Sequence record: OQ427096.1
Source of the DNA: Xanthomonas phage X1
DNA: 32,000 bases
Strand: one strand, 5' to 3'
Part shown: piece by piece, positions 7,748-16,567 of the stretch
How the letters are laid out: each line of letters begins with the position of its first letter
Numbering within the stretch: position 1 is the stretch's first letter
Program-made: the position numbers and the translations under genes
Notes under the pieces: generated by a model
What the model was told of the DNA's origin: nothing
Databases searched by the model: none
Seen by the model: only the letters and a program-made list of their open reading frames with translations

Positions 7748-10426
7748 ATGGCGTTCTATACCTTTTGCGATTCGATTGGAAGTAAGATTTACCACAGGTA
7801 TGTGGACGATGCCGGAAAACGCCATCAAGAAATTGTTACAAGTTTTCCTATCGAGCTATTTATCAAAGGCAATGGAGAATACAAGTCGCTCTATGGTGAC
7901 CGTCTCAGCCGAATGACCTTTGATACGATTTCGGATGCCAAAGACTTCATCAAGAAGTACGAAGGTACTGTGCCTGTCTTTGGACAGACTTCGATGCATC
8001 ACCAGTTCATCTCTCATCGTTACCCTGAGAAGATTGAATTGCAGTTTGACAAGTATCGTGTTCTCAACTTCGATATCGAAACCCGATTCGACGGTAAGGA
8101 TGATGAAGATGAGGTTTTGGTTCGTAAGGTGTTCAGTCTTGAAGAAGAGACCGTCACCGTTGGTTACATGAAGACTCTCCAGGACGTTTGGGAAGTCTAT
8201 GATCCGATCAACGAGCGTTGGTATCCTGCATCTAAGGCACCTCAGCGCAATCCAGGTGGCTTCCCTGACGCACAGAATGCAGCATACGAGATCACTTCGA
8301 TCTCCTGCAAGGTGTTTGGTCGTCCTCAGAAGGTGACCTTCGGTACGAAGGAATATGAGGTCAAGGATAAGAATCAGATCTACAATCTGTGTGCAGACGA
8401 GCGCGAGCTTCTTCAGCGGTTCATTGACTTTGTTCGTTTGGTCGACCCAGATGCAATCACTGGTTGGAACATTGAGTCGTTCGACGTCCCCTACATCGTG
8501 AATCGCTGTCGTGCTCTGTTGGGTGAGAAGCTGACGAACAAGCTGAGTCCGTTCCATGCTCACACTGATCGTTGCATTCAGGACTACTGGATTGATGACG
8601 ACAAGACTGAGAAGGGATATCGCATCTTCGGCGTGACCACTCTTGATTACATGGACATGTATAAGGGTTACAACCCTGTCAAGCGAGACAGTTACGCACT
8701 GGACTTCATCTCTGAGGTTGAGCTGAAAGAGAAGAAGCTGGATTACTCTGAGTACGGCGACCTGATGGGGCTGTATCGTCAGAACTACGAAAAGTTCATT
8801 GACTACAACGAACGAGACGTTTACCTGGTTGAACGACTTGATCAGAAGAAGCAGTTCGTTCGACTTGTGATCACCACCGTTCTGATGACCAAGAGTCGAT
8901 ATCAGGAAAAGGACGGTAAGGTAAAGCTGTGGGACAATCTGATCTACAATCTGCTCAAGGCAGAGAACATCGTCATTCCGCCAGCAGTGCAGAAGCACGG
9001 TCGTAGCATCATTGGCGCATATGTCAAGGAGCCTGTGCCTGGCAAGTACCGTTGGGTATCTTCGCTCGACTTGACCTCGCTGTATCCTTCGATCTGTATG
9101 ATGTTCAACATGAGCCCTGAAACTCTGGTTCGTGAAGAGCAAGGTCAGCTGGATTGGGTTGAGCGTCTGTTGAAGGGCGAAGACCTTGCTGCGGATTGCC
9201 GAGCTCAGGGTTGGGCGATGGCAGCAAACGGTTCGGCTTATCGACAGGACGTGATGGGCGTTATGCCGAAGGGTATGAAGTTCGTATTCGATACTCGTAA
9301 GGCTGAGAAGAATCGAATGCTCGACCTTAAGCGTGAGAAGGAAGCATATCTTGCGGCTGGTGGTACAGAAGGTTCGGAAGAGTATCTGCGTCTCGATAAC
9401 CTGATTGCAGCGGCAGACGCAACTCAGGGTGCGATGAAGGTTCTGGCTAACTCGGGTTACGGTGCATCGGCGAACAAGGGCTTCCGTTACTTCAACGTGA
9501 GCATCGCGGAAGGCATCACATTGACCGGTCAGCTGGGCATCCAGTACATCGGCAACATGATGAACAAGTACCTCAACAAGAAGTTTGGTACGGAGAAGGA
9601 TTATGTGATCACGTCCGACACCGACTCGGCTTACATCCAGTTGGAGAACCTGCCTTCGGATCCGAAGAACATTCAGAAGTCGGTTGACGAGATTGATGAC
9701 TTCCTCGAGAAGGAATTCACACCGTTCATCAACGCAGCATATCAGAAGCTGTCTGATCGACTTGGCGCAAAGAAGAACCTGCTTGATATGAAGCGAGAAG
9801 CAATCGCAGACGTCGGCATCTTCCGAGGCAAGAAGAACTATGTTCTGCGCGTATGGGACAACGAACACGTTCGTTACCATGAGCCAGTTCTGAAGATGAC
9901 CGGTATCGAGACTGCTCGAAGCGACAAGCCGATGATGGTTCGTAAGAAGCTCGAGAGTGACCTAGAGATCCTCCTGACAGGAACTCAGGAACAGTTGCTT
10001 ACTTCCATTGATAGTTTCAAGAAGGAGTTTTATAATGCTCCTATTGAGAACATTGCTTCGCCGAAGGGTGTGAAAGATTTGACGAAGTGGATTGGTGACA
10101 GCGGTGAACTTTTGCCGAAGGCTCCATATCACGTTCGTGCAGCATACGCGCACAACACCTTGATCATTGAGAAGGGTCTGCAAAAGACTGTCGAGAGAAT
10201 CAAGAACGGCAACAAGGTGAGGCTGATGGCGCTCAAGGCAATTAACCCTTGCCGATGCAGCAACATCGCATTCAATGGCACTCTACCTGAAGGTTTCGAT
10301 CTTCACGAGTACCTCGACAAGGACAAGCAATGGAATGCTACGTACATCACTCCTTTGAAGTCATTCACTGAAATCCTCGGATGGAAGACTGAAAAGGTCA
10401 GCTCTCTTGAAAGCCTATTCGGCTGA
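7748..10426 (+). CDS. 43: Family B DNA polymerase (gp43-like)
   Basis: Exonuclease FDIETR, GWNIESFDVPYI; polymerase SLDLTSLYPSI, KVLANSGYGASANKGFRYF, YVITSDTDSAYI. Start at ATG 7748 (MAFYTFCDSIGSKIYHRYVDDAGK) agrees with the gp43 N-terminus better than the track start at 7658. Confidence 0.97.
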   Translation: MAFYTFCDSIGSKIYHRYVDDAGKRHQEIVTSFPIELFIKGNGEYKSLYGDRLSRMTFDTISDAKDFIKKYEGTVPVFGQTSMHHQFISHRYPEKIELQFDKYRVLNFDIETRFDGKDDEDEVLVRKVFSLEEETVTVGYMKTLQDVWEVYDPINERWYPASKAPQRNPGGFPDAQNAAYEITSISCKVFGRPQKVTFGTKEYEVKDKNQIYNLCADERELLQRFIDFVRLVDPDAITGWNIESFDVPYIVNRCRALLGEKLTNKLSPFHAHTDRCIQDYWIDDDKTEKGYRIFGVTTLDYMDMYKGYNPVKRDSYALDFISEVELKEKKLDYSEYGDLMGLYRQNYEKFIDYNERDVYLVERLDQKKQFVRLVITTVLMTKSRYQEKDGKVKLWDNLIYNLLKAENIVIPPAVQKHGRSIIGAYVKEPVPGKYRWVSSLDLTSLYPSICMMFNMSPETLVREEQGQLDWVERLLKGEDLAADCRAQGWAMAANGSAYRQDVMGVMPKGMKFVFDTRKAEKNRMLDLKREKEAYLAAGGTEGSEEYLRLDNLIAAADATQGAMKVLANSGYGASANKGFRYFNVSIAEGITLTGQLGIQYIGNMMNKYLNKKFGTEKDYVITSDTDSAYIQLENLPSDPKNIQKSVDEIDDFLEKEFTPFINAAYQKLSDRLGAKKNLLDMKREAIADVGIFRGKKNYVLRVWDNEHVRYHEPVLKMTGIETARSDKPMMVRKKLESDLEILLTGTQEQLLTSIDSFKKEFYNAPIENIASPKGVKDLTKWIGDSGELLPKAPYHVRAAYAHNTLIIEKGLQKTVERIKNGNKVRLMALKAINPCRCSNIAFNGTLPEGFDLHEYLDKDKQWNATYITPLKSFTEILGWKTEKVSSLESLFG

Positions 10427-10437
10427 GGGGTTTAAGT

Positions 10438-10791
10438 ATGAGTGCATCTAGCCAGATGCTGAAACTGTTGGCCAGTTTGCAGAACGAACTGGCCATGGTT
10501 GATGTTGATCCTGAAATGGCTGAGTTTGCGGAACACGAAAAGATCCTTGATGTGTTCCGACAGACTGTAGCATCAATTGAACACATCTATCCTATGGTGC
10601 AGGCGGTCGAAGAAGTCCTCGACTGGTCTATCACTCCAGCTCTCTTCTATCACAAATGGAAGAGAGCGGCTGCTCACATGGGTGTCGATGACGACATTGG
10701 TGAAGAAGATATCGGTCCAGACGTTCGAGGACTACTCGATCGGTTTAGCGACGATAATGACGATGAAGAAGACGAAGGAGAAGAAAGTTGA
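10438..10791 (+). CDS. Hypothetical protein with highly acidic C-terminus
   Basis: 117 aa, tail DDNDDEEDEGEES; TTGA overlap with uvsX. Confidence 0.7.
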   Translation: MSASSQMLKLLASLQNELAMVDVDPEMAEFAEHEKILDVFRQTVASIEHIYPMVQAVEEVLDWSITPALFYHKWKRAAAHMGVDDDIGEEDIGPDVRGLLDRFSDDNDDEEDEGEES

Positions 10792-11837
10792 GTTTGGTTG
10801 ATAAATTGATGAAGCAGTCTACGATTAAAGAGACTGCATCGCTGGAGAATAGCACCTTCTTCCAGAAAAAAGAACTGGTGCAGACAAAGATTCCCGTCCT
10901 CAACCTTCTTCAGTCGGGTGAGCTTGATGGTGGTTTCGGTCCTGGTCTGACCATCTGGGCAGGTCCATCCAAGCACTTCAAGACCAGCTTTGTGCTGACG
11001 AACATGAAGGCGTTCCTTGACAAGTACAAGGATGGTGTGGTTCTGTTCTACGATTCGGAGTTCGGTACTCCTCAGAGTTACTTCTCGTCCTTCGGTATTC
11101 CGCTGGATCGCGTTGTTCATACTCCGATTACCAACATCGAGGTGCTCAAGTTCGACCTGATGCAGCAGTTGGATGGTCTGAACCGTGGCGATAAGGTGTT
11201 CATCGCAATTGACTCGGTTGGTAACCTGGCTTCCAAGAAGGAAGTGGAAGACGCCCTGGAAGGCAAGTCGGTTGCAGACATGACCCGCGCAAAGGCATTC
11301 AAGTCTCTGTTCCGTATGGTCACTCCGGTGCTGTCCCTTAAGGGTCTCTGTATGCACGTCGTGGCTCACACCTACGATACGATGGAGATGTATGCGAAGA
11401 AGGTCGTGTCCGGTGGTACAGGTCTTATCTACTCGGCAGACAACATCTATATCGTTGGTCGTCAGCAGAACAAGGATGGTCAGGAAGTCGTTGGTTACAA
11501 CTTCGTTCTGAACGTTGAGAAGTCTCGCTATGTCCGAGAGAAGAGCAAGATTCCGGTCGAGGTAACATTCGAGAACGGTATTTCGCCTTGGTCTGGTCTG
11601 CTCGACCTTGCACTTGAAACAGGTCACGTTGTGAAGCCGTCCAACGGCTGGTATCAGCAGGCTGGCACTGAAAAGAAGCTCCGCCTTGCAGATACGAACA
11701 ATGCTGCATTCTGGGTTCCGATCCTTACCAAGACAGACTTTGGTGCAAAGCTCAAGGAACACTTCCAGCTTGCTCAGACTGAAATGATCAAGGCTGGAAC
11801 GATCGATTACGAAACTGGCGAAGTGATTGAAGAATAA
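10788..11837 (+). CDS. uvsX: UvsX-like RecA family recombinase
   Basis: TIWAGPSKHFKTSFVL (Walker A-like), LFYDSEFGTPQSYFSSFGI, KVFIAIDSVGNL; starts with TTG overlapping the previous stop. Confidence 0.95.
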   Translation: MSLVDKLMKQSTIKETASLENSTFFQKKELVQTKIPVLNLLQSGELDGGFGPGLTIWAGPSKHFKTSFVLTNMKAFLDKYKDGVVLFYDSEFGTPQSYFSSFGIPLDRVVHTPITNIEVLKFDLMQQLDGLNRGDKVFIAIDSVGNLASKKEVEDALEGKSVADMTRAKAFKSLFRMVTPVLSLKGLCMHVVAHTYDTMEMYAKKVVSGGTGLIYSADNIYIVGRQQNKDGQEVVGYNFVLNVEKSRYVREKSKIPVEVTFENGISPWSGLLDLALETGHVVKPSNGWYQQAGTEKKLRLADTNNAAFWVPILTKTDFGAKLKEHFQLAQTEMIKAGTIDYETGEVIEE

Positions 11838-12802
11838 TGGTTAAGAAGGTTCTACCAACAACGACGAACTGGCTCTATGCTAAGGAGCCTATGCTCGGAG
11901 CGCCAACCATTGCGAACATTACGCAATGGTTGCGTAAGAACAAGCTGACGGTTGTCCAAAAAGGTCGTCGTTTGACAGTGAACCATCGAGCCAACGTAGA
12001 GCCTGTCCGTCTCGCTGACGAAATTCAGTTGAGGCTGGAAGGCTCTCGTCGAATCTCAAACCTTGCTGTGAACGTCAATGGTATTGCTATCGTCGTATCG
12101 GCTAGCCTGAAAGGTAACGCTGGTGAGGACAATGAAGAATACTTGATGCACCGTGTCAATCGACTCGTCGGTTGGCTCGGTGGACCTGTTGACGTGACCT
12201 TCAAATCAAAGAAGAAAGCGTTTGAGATCAAAGGCGTTGTCGAAGTCTATCTGTCAGGACGTGATACGTCTGGACATAAGAAAGCCGACGTTGAGTTTTG
12301 GACTAAGAGCGGGAAGATGATTCCTGTATCATTGAAGCAAGGCAACGCTTCATTCTTCTCTTCGGCTGACTCGGAGCTCAAAGAAATTGCTGAGGCATCG
12401 GTGCGATACGCATTTGAGAACGCCTTGACCAATTTTGAAATGGATCCTGCAACAAAGATCAGGAAGATCAACCCTGACCTTGTGATTGAACCTACAGATA
12501 AGGAAAAGGAATTCGCCCTTTTCGGAAATGACATCTTGAAAGGTAAAGGTGCTATCATTAGACAGTCATTCACCATGAATGATTTCTTCCAAGATGTGCC
12601 CAACAAGCTGTTCATTCACGTCGAAGACATCTGGCAAGAACTTCGTGATGTGCCAGAGATTGAACAGCCTGTAATTCAGATCAGAAACGACAAAGATAGA
12701 AACCGAAGCCACCCACTGCTCAAAGGTCTACGCGCGCTGACAATCAAACGTGCTGTAGTTCCTAAGAATGCTAGATGGATCGACCGTGAGAAACTAAAAT
12801 AA
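11837..12802 (+). CDS. Hypothetical protein, possible PD-(D/E)XK-type nuclease fold
   Basis: GHKKADVEFWTKSGKMIPVSLKQGNASFF resembles a D-x(n)-S-x-K core. Confidence 0.7.
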   Translation: MVKKVLPTTTNWLYAKEPMLGAPTIANITQWLRKNKLTVVQKGRRLTVNHRANVEPVRLADEIQLRLEGSRRISNLAVNVNGIAIVVSASLKGNAGEDNEEYLMHRVNRLVGWLGGPVDVTFKSKKKAFEIKGVVEVYLSGRDTSGHKKADVEFWTKSGKMIPVSLKQGNASFFSSADSELKEIAEASVRYAFENALTNFEMDPATKIRKINPDLVIEPTDKEKEFALFGNDILKGKGAIIRQSFTMNDFFQDVPNKLFIHVEDIWQELRDVPEIEQPVIQIRNDKDRNRSHPLLKGLRALTIKRAVVPKNARWIDREKLK

Positions 12803-13077
12803 TGGAACTCTACGTAAAAGAAGCCCGCGAAGACTACCTTGAAGTCATCGACTTGAAACACCCGCAGTACCTTTTCATCTTCGATGGCATTCATGTTGGG
12901 ACCAACAATGGCAAGCTAGAGGTCCTTGTAAATAAAGCGTCGGTACAGAAATCCGACAAAGCGGAAGAGTCTAACCCCGATGCAATTGTCGCGGATGAAG
13001 ATGAATTCCTTAGTACACATACCGAACTAATCATCAACGAACTGTTCCGTGGTCCAGTTGAAACGGCACTTGGTTGA
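12802..13077 (+). CDS. Hypothetical protein
   Basis: 91 aa ORF starting at ATG 12802, overlapping the previous stop. Confidence 0.6.
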   Translation: MELYVKEAREDYLEVIDLKHPQYLFIFDGIHVGTNNGKLEVLVNKASVQKSDKAEESNPDAIVADEDEFLSTHTELIINELFRGPVETALG

Positions 13078-13111
13078 TATTATCATATAGGAAATCGTAA
13101 AGGAAAGTAAC

Positions 13112-13795
13112 ATGCAGAAAGAAAAAACCAATCCAGAACTCGGTCAGCGCGTTCACAAGCACCTCGTCAGCCTCGGCATTGAAACGCCAATCACTGAGCT
13201 GGTGAATGTCCCGAGCAAAGAGAAGATCGCGAAGATCGAAGAGTTCCAGCGCCAGTCGTTGCTCACTCTGGGTCTTGATCTGACCGACGACTCTCTGATC
13301 GAAACTCCGAAGCGCATCGCAAAGATGTACGTTGAGGAACTGTTCTACGGTCTGGATTACAACAACTTCCCGAAGTGCACAGAAGTTGATAACAAGATTG
13401 AATACGATGAGATGGTGATTGAGCGTTGCTCGGTCAAGTCTGTCTGTGAACATCACCTCGTCTACTTTGGTACTGCTCACCGTCCCGATCTGTCTTGCTG
13501 GGTGTCTTACATGCCAGGTGAGAAGGTTCTGGGTCTGTCGAAGCTGTCACGCATCGTAGACTTCTTCAGCCGTCGTCCTCAGATTCAGGAACGCCTGACT
13601 GTGCAGATTGCTGAGACCATCAAGTTCATCACTGGAACGGAAGATGTTGCCGTTGTGATGAAGGGTCAGCACTTCTGTGTTCTGACCCGTGGTGTTGAGG
13701 ATTCCGATGGCGTGACCATCACCTCTAGCCTGAGTGGTTCGTTCCGTACCGATCCTACGCTGCGATCGGAAATGATGTCTTTGATCAAGGGTTGA
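13112..13795 (+). CDS. folE: GTP cyclohydrolase I
   Basis: SVCEHHLVYFG, VLGLSKLSRIVDFFSRRPQIQERLT, GQHFCVLTRGV. Confidence 0.95.
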   Translation: MQKEKTNPELGQRVHKHLVSLGIETPITELVNVPSKEKIAKIEEFQRQSLLTLGLDLTDDSLIETPKRIAKMYVEELFYGLDYNNFPKCTEVDNKIEYDEMVIERCSVKSVCEHHLVYFGTAHRPDLSCWVSYMPGEKVLGLSKLSRIVDFFSRRPQIQERLTVQIAETIKFITGTEDVAVVMKGQHFCVLTRGVEDSDGVTITSSLSGSFRTDPTLRSEMMSLIKG

Positions 13796-13796
13796 T

Positions 13797-14330
13797 ATGA
13801 GCGAGCACCTGAAAGAACTTGAAAGAGTAGCCATTGAAAGGCTGGTTGAGTACGGTGATCCTAAGGGTGTGTATGTTGCGACGAGCGGCGGAAAGGATTC
13901 TGTCGTCGTCCATCATCTAGCTCGAAAGGTGTTCGGTGATCAGGTTCATCTGATCCACACACCGAAGGTGACCGGCTTCAACAAGGTACATCCTGCGACT
14001 GTAGCATTCCTCTATGAGCAGAGTGCGAAATATGGTCTCAACATCGTTCCATTTGAACGTATGCAGGAGTATCTGGATACCAACAAGCTTTGGATCCAAA
14101 TTGACGGCACGCGCCGCTCCGAATTTGATCGGACTGACCGCAGTGCAGACGTCGTAGTGAATGGTAAGTTGATCAGCCGAGCGGACATGCCTGTTCATAC
14201 GGTTGGCGGCTTGTTTGGCAATGAATCAATTTTCCCTATTGTGGATTGGAGTGATGATGATGTATGGGCATATATTGGACAGCAAGGTATTGAAGTCACC
14301 GAGGAATATCGTATTCTCGCCACACGTTGA
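13797..14330 (+). CDS. PAPS reductase-fold / N-type ATP pyrophosphatase-like protein
   Basis: VYVATSGGKDSVVVHHLA PP-loop and PIVDWSDDDVWAYI near the C-terminus; no cysteines at all. Confidence 0.85.
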   Translation: MSEHLKELERVAIERLVEYGDPKGVYVATSGGKDSVVVHHLARKVFGDQVHLIHTPKVTGFNKVHPATVAFLYEQSAKYGLNIVPFERMQEYLDTNKLWIQIDGTRRSEFDRTDRSADVVVNGKLISRADMPVHTVGGLFGNESIFPIVDWSDDDVWAYIGQQGIEVTEEYRILATR

Positions 14331-14985
14331 TGATGAAGTGATCGGGTGCTTTGAAGCACTTGATCGCGGTCTGATCACAGACGTTGTCTACTTCTACGAT
14401 ATCACCGAAGAGAGAAAGATCGAAGCTCTAAAAACTGCTGAGATGTTTGGCTTTACGCCGCATTTTGTCAGCCCTGATTGGTTTGGGCTTCCGAAAGAGA
14501 TTGATAACATCGCATCTGATGATACGATCTTCTGTCCGACCATTCGAGACTCACATTCTCAGCACGCTGAGATTAGCATCAGAGCCCGAATCATGCGCAG
14601 AAACACTGGCTGCAAGTTGGTGTTCTATACGGTAGACATGGATTCGTTCCAGGTACCGCTTCCTCCGAAGGTTCGAGCAAAGAAGAAGTCTGTCCTTCAG
14701 GAACTGTTCCCTTCGCAGAGTGTTTTGCTGACGAATGAGAAATATCATCTGTTCGAAGGCTATAGCGAGACTGATCACTATCAGGGAATCGAGTTCAGAA
14801 TTGACGATGAACGAAAGGTTGTGATGAAGGGTTATCACGTCCCTTCGGGCCTTGAAGCGCCTTGGGATGATTCAATTTCAGATTCTGAATACCTCAACAT
14901 CCTGATCACTCGATATTTCAACCGTAATTCGGTTAGTTACATCGCATTTCACAATGGCAATAGGTGGGTAGAATTTAATGGCTAA
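14257..14985 (+). CDS. PIG-L/LmbE-like deacetylase-type protein (start codon uncertain)
   Basis: NIVFSPHVDDEVIGCFEAL contains the HxDDE signature. Possible starts: ATG 14257/14260 after GGAG at 14248, or TTG 14290. It overlaps the upstream ORF out of frame. Confidence 0.7.
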   Translation: MMYGHILDSKVLKSPRNIVFSPHVDDEVIGCFEALDRGLITDVVYFYDITEERKIEALKTAEMFGFTPHFVSPDWFGLPKEIDNIASDDTIFCPTIRDSHSQHAEISIRARIMRRNTGCKLVFYTVDMDSFQVPLPPKVRAKKKSVLQELFPSQSVLLTNEKYHLFEGYSETDHYQGIEFRIDDERKVVMKGYHVPSGLEAPWDDSISDSEYLNILITRYFNRNSVSYIAFHNGNRWVEFNG

Positions 14986-15409
14986 GATTGGTATTGAAGT
15001 AGAAGGTATGCTGCGAGGCGAGAACGTTCGCACTTATTTCTGTTCGGCTAGGGAATATGTTGATGCAGATCTTCTCAATCTCATCTACAATCTGTATGCG
15101 AACAACATTGAGATGATCTACATTTCGGATCATCACAACGAGCTTGACCTGCATCACCTTGCAGGTGTGTTCGAAGACAGCGGTATCGGTGTTACTGTCG
15201 AATTGACCGAGTTGACTTCTGTCCCGCCTGCAGGTGTTGAGATCTTCTGGAATGTTTCGCAGGCTTCTTATGCTCAGTCTCGTACTCTGCATTTCCTGCG
15301 TCCAACGGATCAGATCAAGATCGAGAATGAGAAACACGTTCTTGCATTCGTTGCAGGCAATGCGGTAATCACTTATCCTGAGGACTTTAATGGAGACATT
15401 GAAGTATGA
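14978..15409 (+). CDS. Hypothetical protein within the deazaguanine locus
   Basis: 143 aa MAKIGIEVEGMLRGENVRTYF...; overlaps its neighbours on both sides (ATGA with the glycosyltransferase). Confidence 0.75.
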   Translation: MAKIGIEVEGMLRGENVRTYFCSAREYVDADLLNLIYNLYANNIEMIYISDHHNELDLHHLAGVFEDSGIGVTVELTELTSVPPAGVEIFWNVSQASYAQSRTLHFLRPTDQIKIENEKHVLAFVAGNAVITYPEDFNGDIEV

Positions 15410-16566
15410 GTGAAGATTTCATGAGTGGTATGATCGACCAGATTCCGGAACAGGCAAAGCGAAATCTGTTCATCATTCCGATTGAGCCTCTGGAAGAACG
15501 ATACACTGGCGAGTGGTACAAGTTCCTGCCGCCAGCATTTGCTAAGCACAATTTCAAGGTTACCCAGATTGATGGCGAGACTCTGACCGATTCGGTTGAG
15601 ACTGGCGCATTCCTGGATATGAACTCGACTATCTTCTACAAGGCATCTCAGATGCAGAAGATTGCTCGTATGTTCCGTGAGAAGTCTGTGCCTCATGGTT
15701 CGGTCTTCTTTGTCAGTGACTTGGAATTCTGGGGCATTGAATCTCTGCGTCTGATGGCTCAGATCAATCAGGTCGAGATCAAGATCTATGGCTTCCTGCA
15801 TGCGGCTTCGTACACCACTGAAGATGCTTTCGCAGTTGCGGCACCCTATCAGAAGTATACTGAGCTGGGCTGGCTGAAAGCTGTTGATGGCGTCTTTGTC
15901 GGTTCGCACTATCACAAGAAGGCAGTGATGGAACGTCGTGTGAACGCGTTCGCGAATGAAGCTGACCGTCGTGAGATTGAGAAGAAGATCCACGTGAGTG
16001 GCAATCCACTCTTCCCGAGCGCATATGACACGACTTCGGTTGGCCCGAAGAAGAACAAGATCGTGATCACCAATCGTTTCGATTCCGAGAAGCGCCCAGA
16101 TCAGAGTTTGCTGGTTGCACTCCTTGTCAAGGAAGCACTGCCTGATACTGAGATTGTTCTGACGACCAGCCGCCCGACTTTCCGTTCAAATCAGAAGTGG
16201 TTGGTTGACCTCGCTCGCATGTACGAGAAACAAGGTCTGATCACCATCAAGGAAGGACTGACCAAGAAAGAGTATCACGACGAGCTCAAGACTGCGAAGG
16301 TCATGATCTCAAACTCTATCGAGGAAAACTTCGGTTACTGCATTGTAGAGGCTATCATGTATGACGTGGCGCCTGTACTGACTCGAGGTCTTTCGCACGT
16401 TGAAATTGTTCAGGGCTTTGACCAGTTCCTGTTCGACACCAACGACGAAGCAGTAAGTAAGGTTATCACATTCCTGCAACGCGATCAGCTTCTCAACGCG
16501 AAGCACTTCTTGGATTCTTACTTTATGGCTGCTGACTTCATGGGTCAGATCATGGCCCAAGGATGA
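15406..16566 (+). CDS. GT-B fold glycosyltransferase (GT1/GT4-like)
   Basis: VITNRFDSEKRPD... and SIEENFGYCIVEAIMYDVAPVLT, the C-terminal EX7E-type nucleotide-sugar motif. Confidence 0.8.
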   Translation: MSEDFMSGMIDQIPEQAKRNLFIIPIEPLEERYTGEWYKFLPPAFAKHNFKVTQIDGETLTDSVETGAFLDMNSTIFYKASQMQKIARMFREKSVPHGSVFFVSDLEFWGIESLRLMAQINQVEIKIYGFLHAASYTTEDAFAVAAPYQKYTELGWLKAVDGVFVGSHYHKKAVMERRVNAFANEADRREIEKKIHVSGNPLFPSAYDTTSVGPKKNKIVITNRFDSEKRPDQSLLVALLVKEALPDTEIVLTTSRPTFRSNQKWLVDLARMYEKQGLITIKEGLTKKEYHDELKTAKVMISNSIEENFGYCIVEAIMYDVAPVLTRGLSHVEIVQGFDQFLFDTNDEAVSKVITFLQRDQLLNAKHFLDSYFMAADFMGQIMAQG

Positions 16567-16567
16567 T

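Noticed and set aside
7856-9880. 674-aa minus-strand open frame antisense to DNA polymerase
   Set aside because: Covered by unambiguous gp43 motifs on the plus strand. The translation has no recognisable domain and looks like a codon-bias mirror of the sense frame.
10674-11762. 362-aa minus-strand open frame over uvsX
   Set aside because: UvsX motifs on the plus strand are convincing; the antisense frame is compositional.
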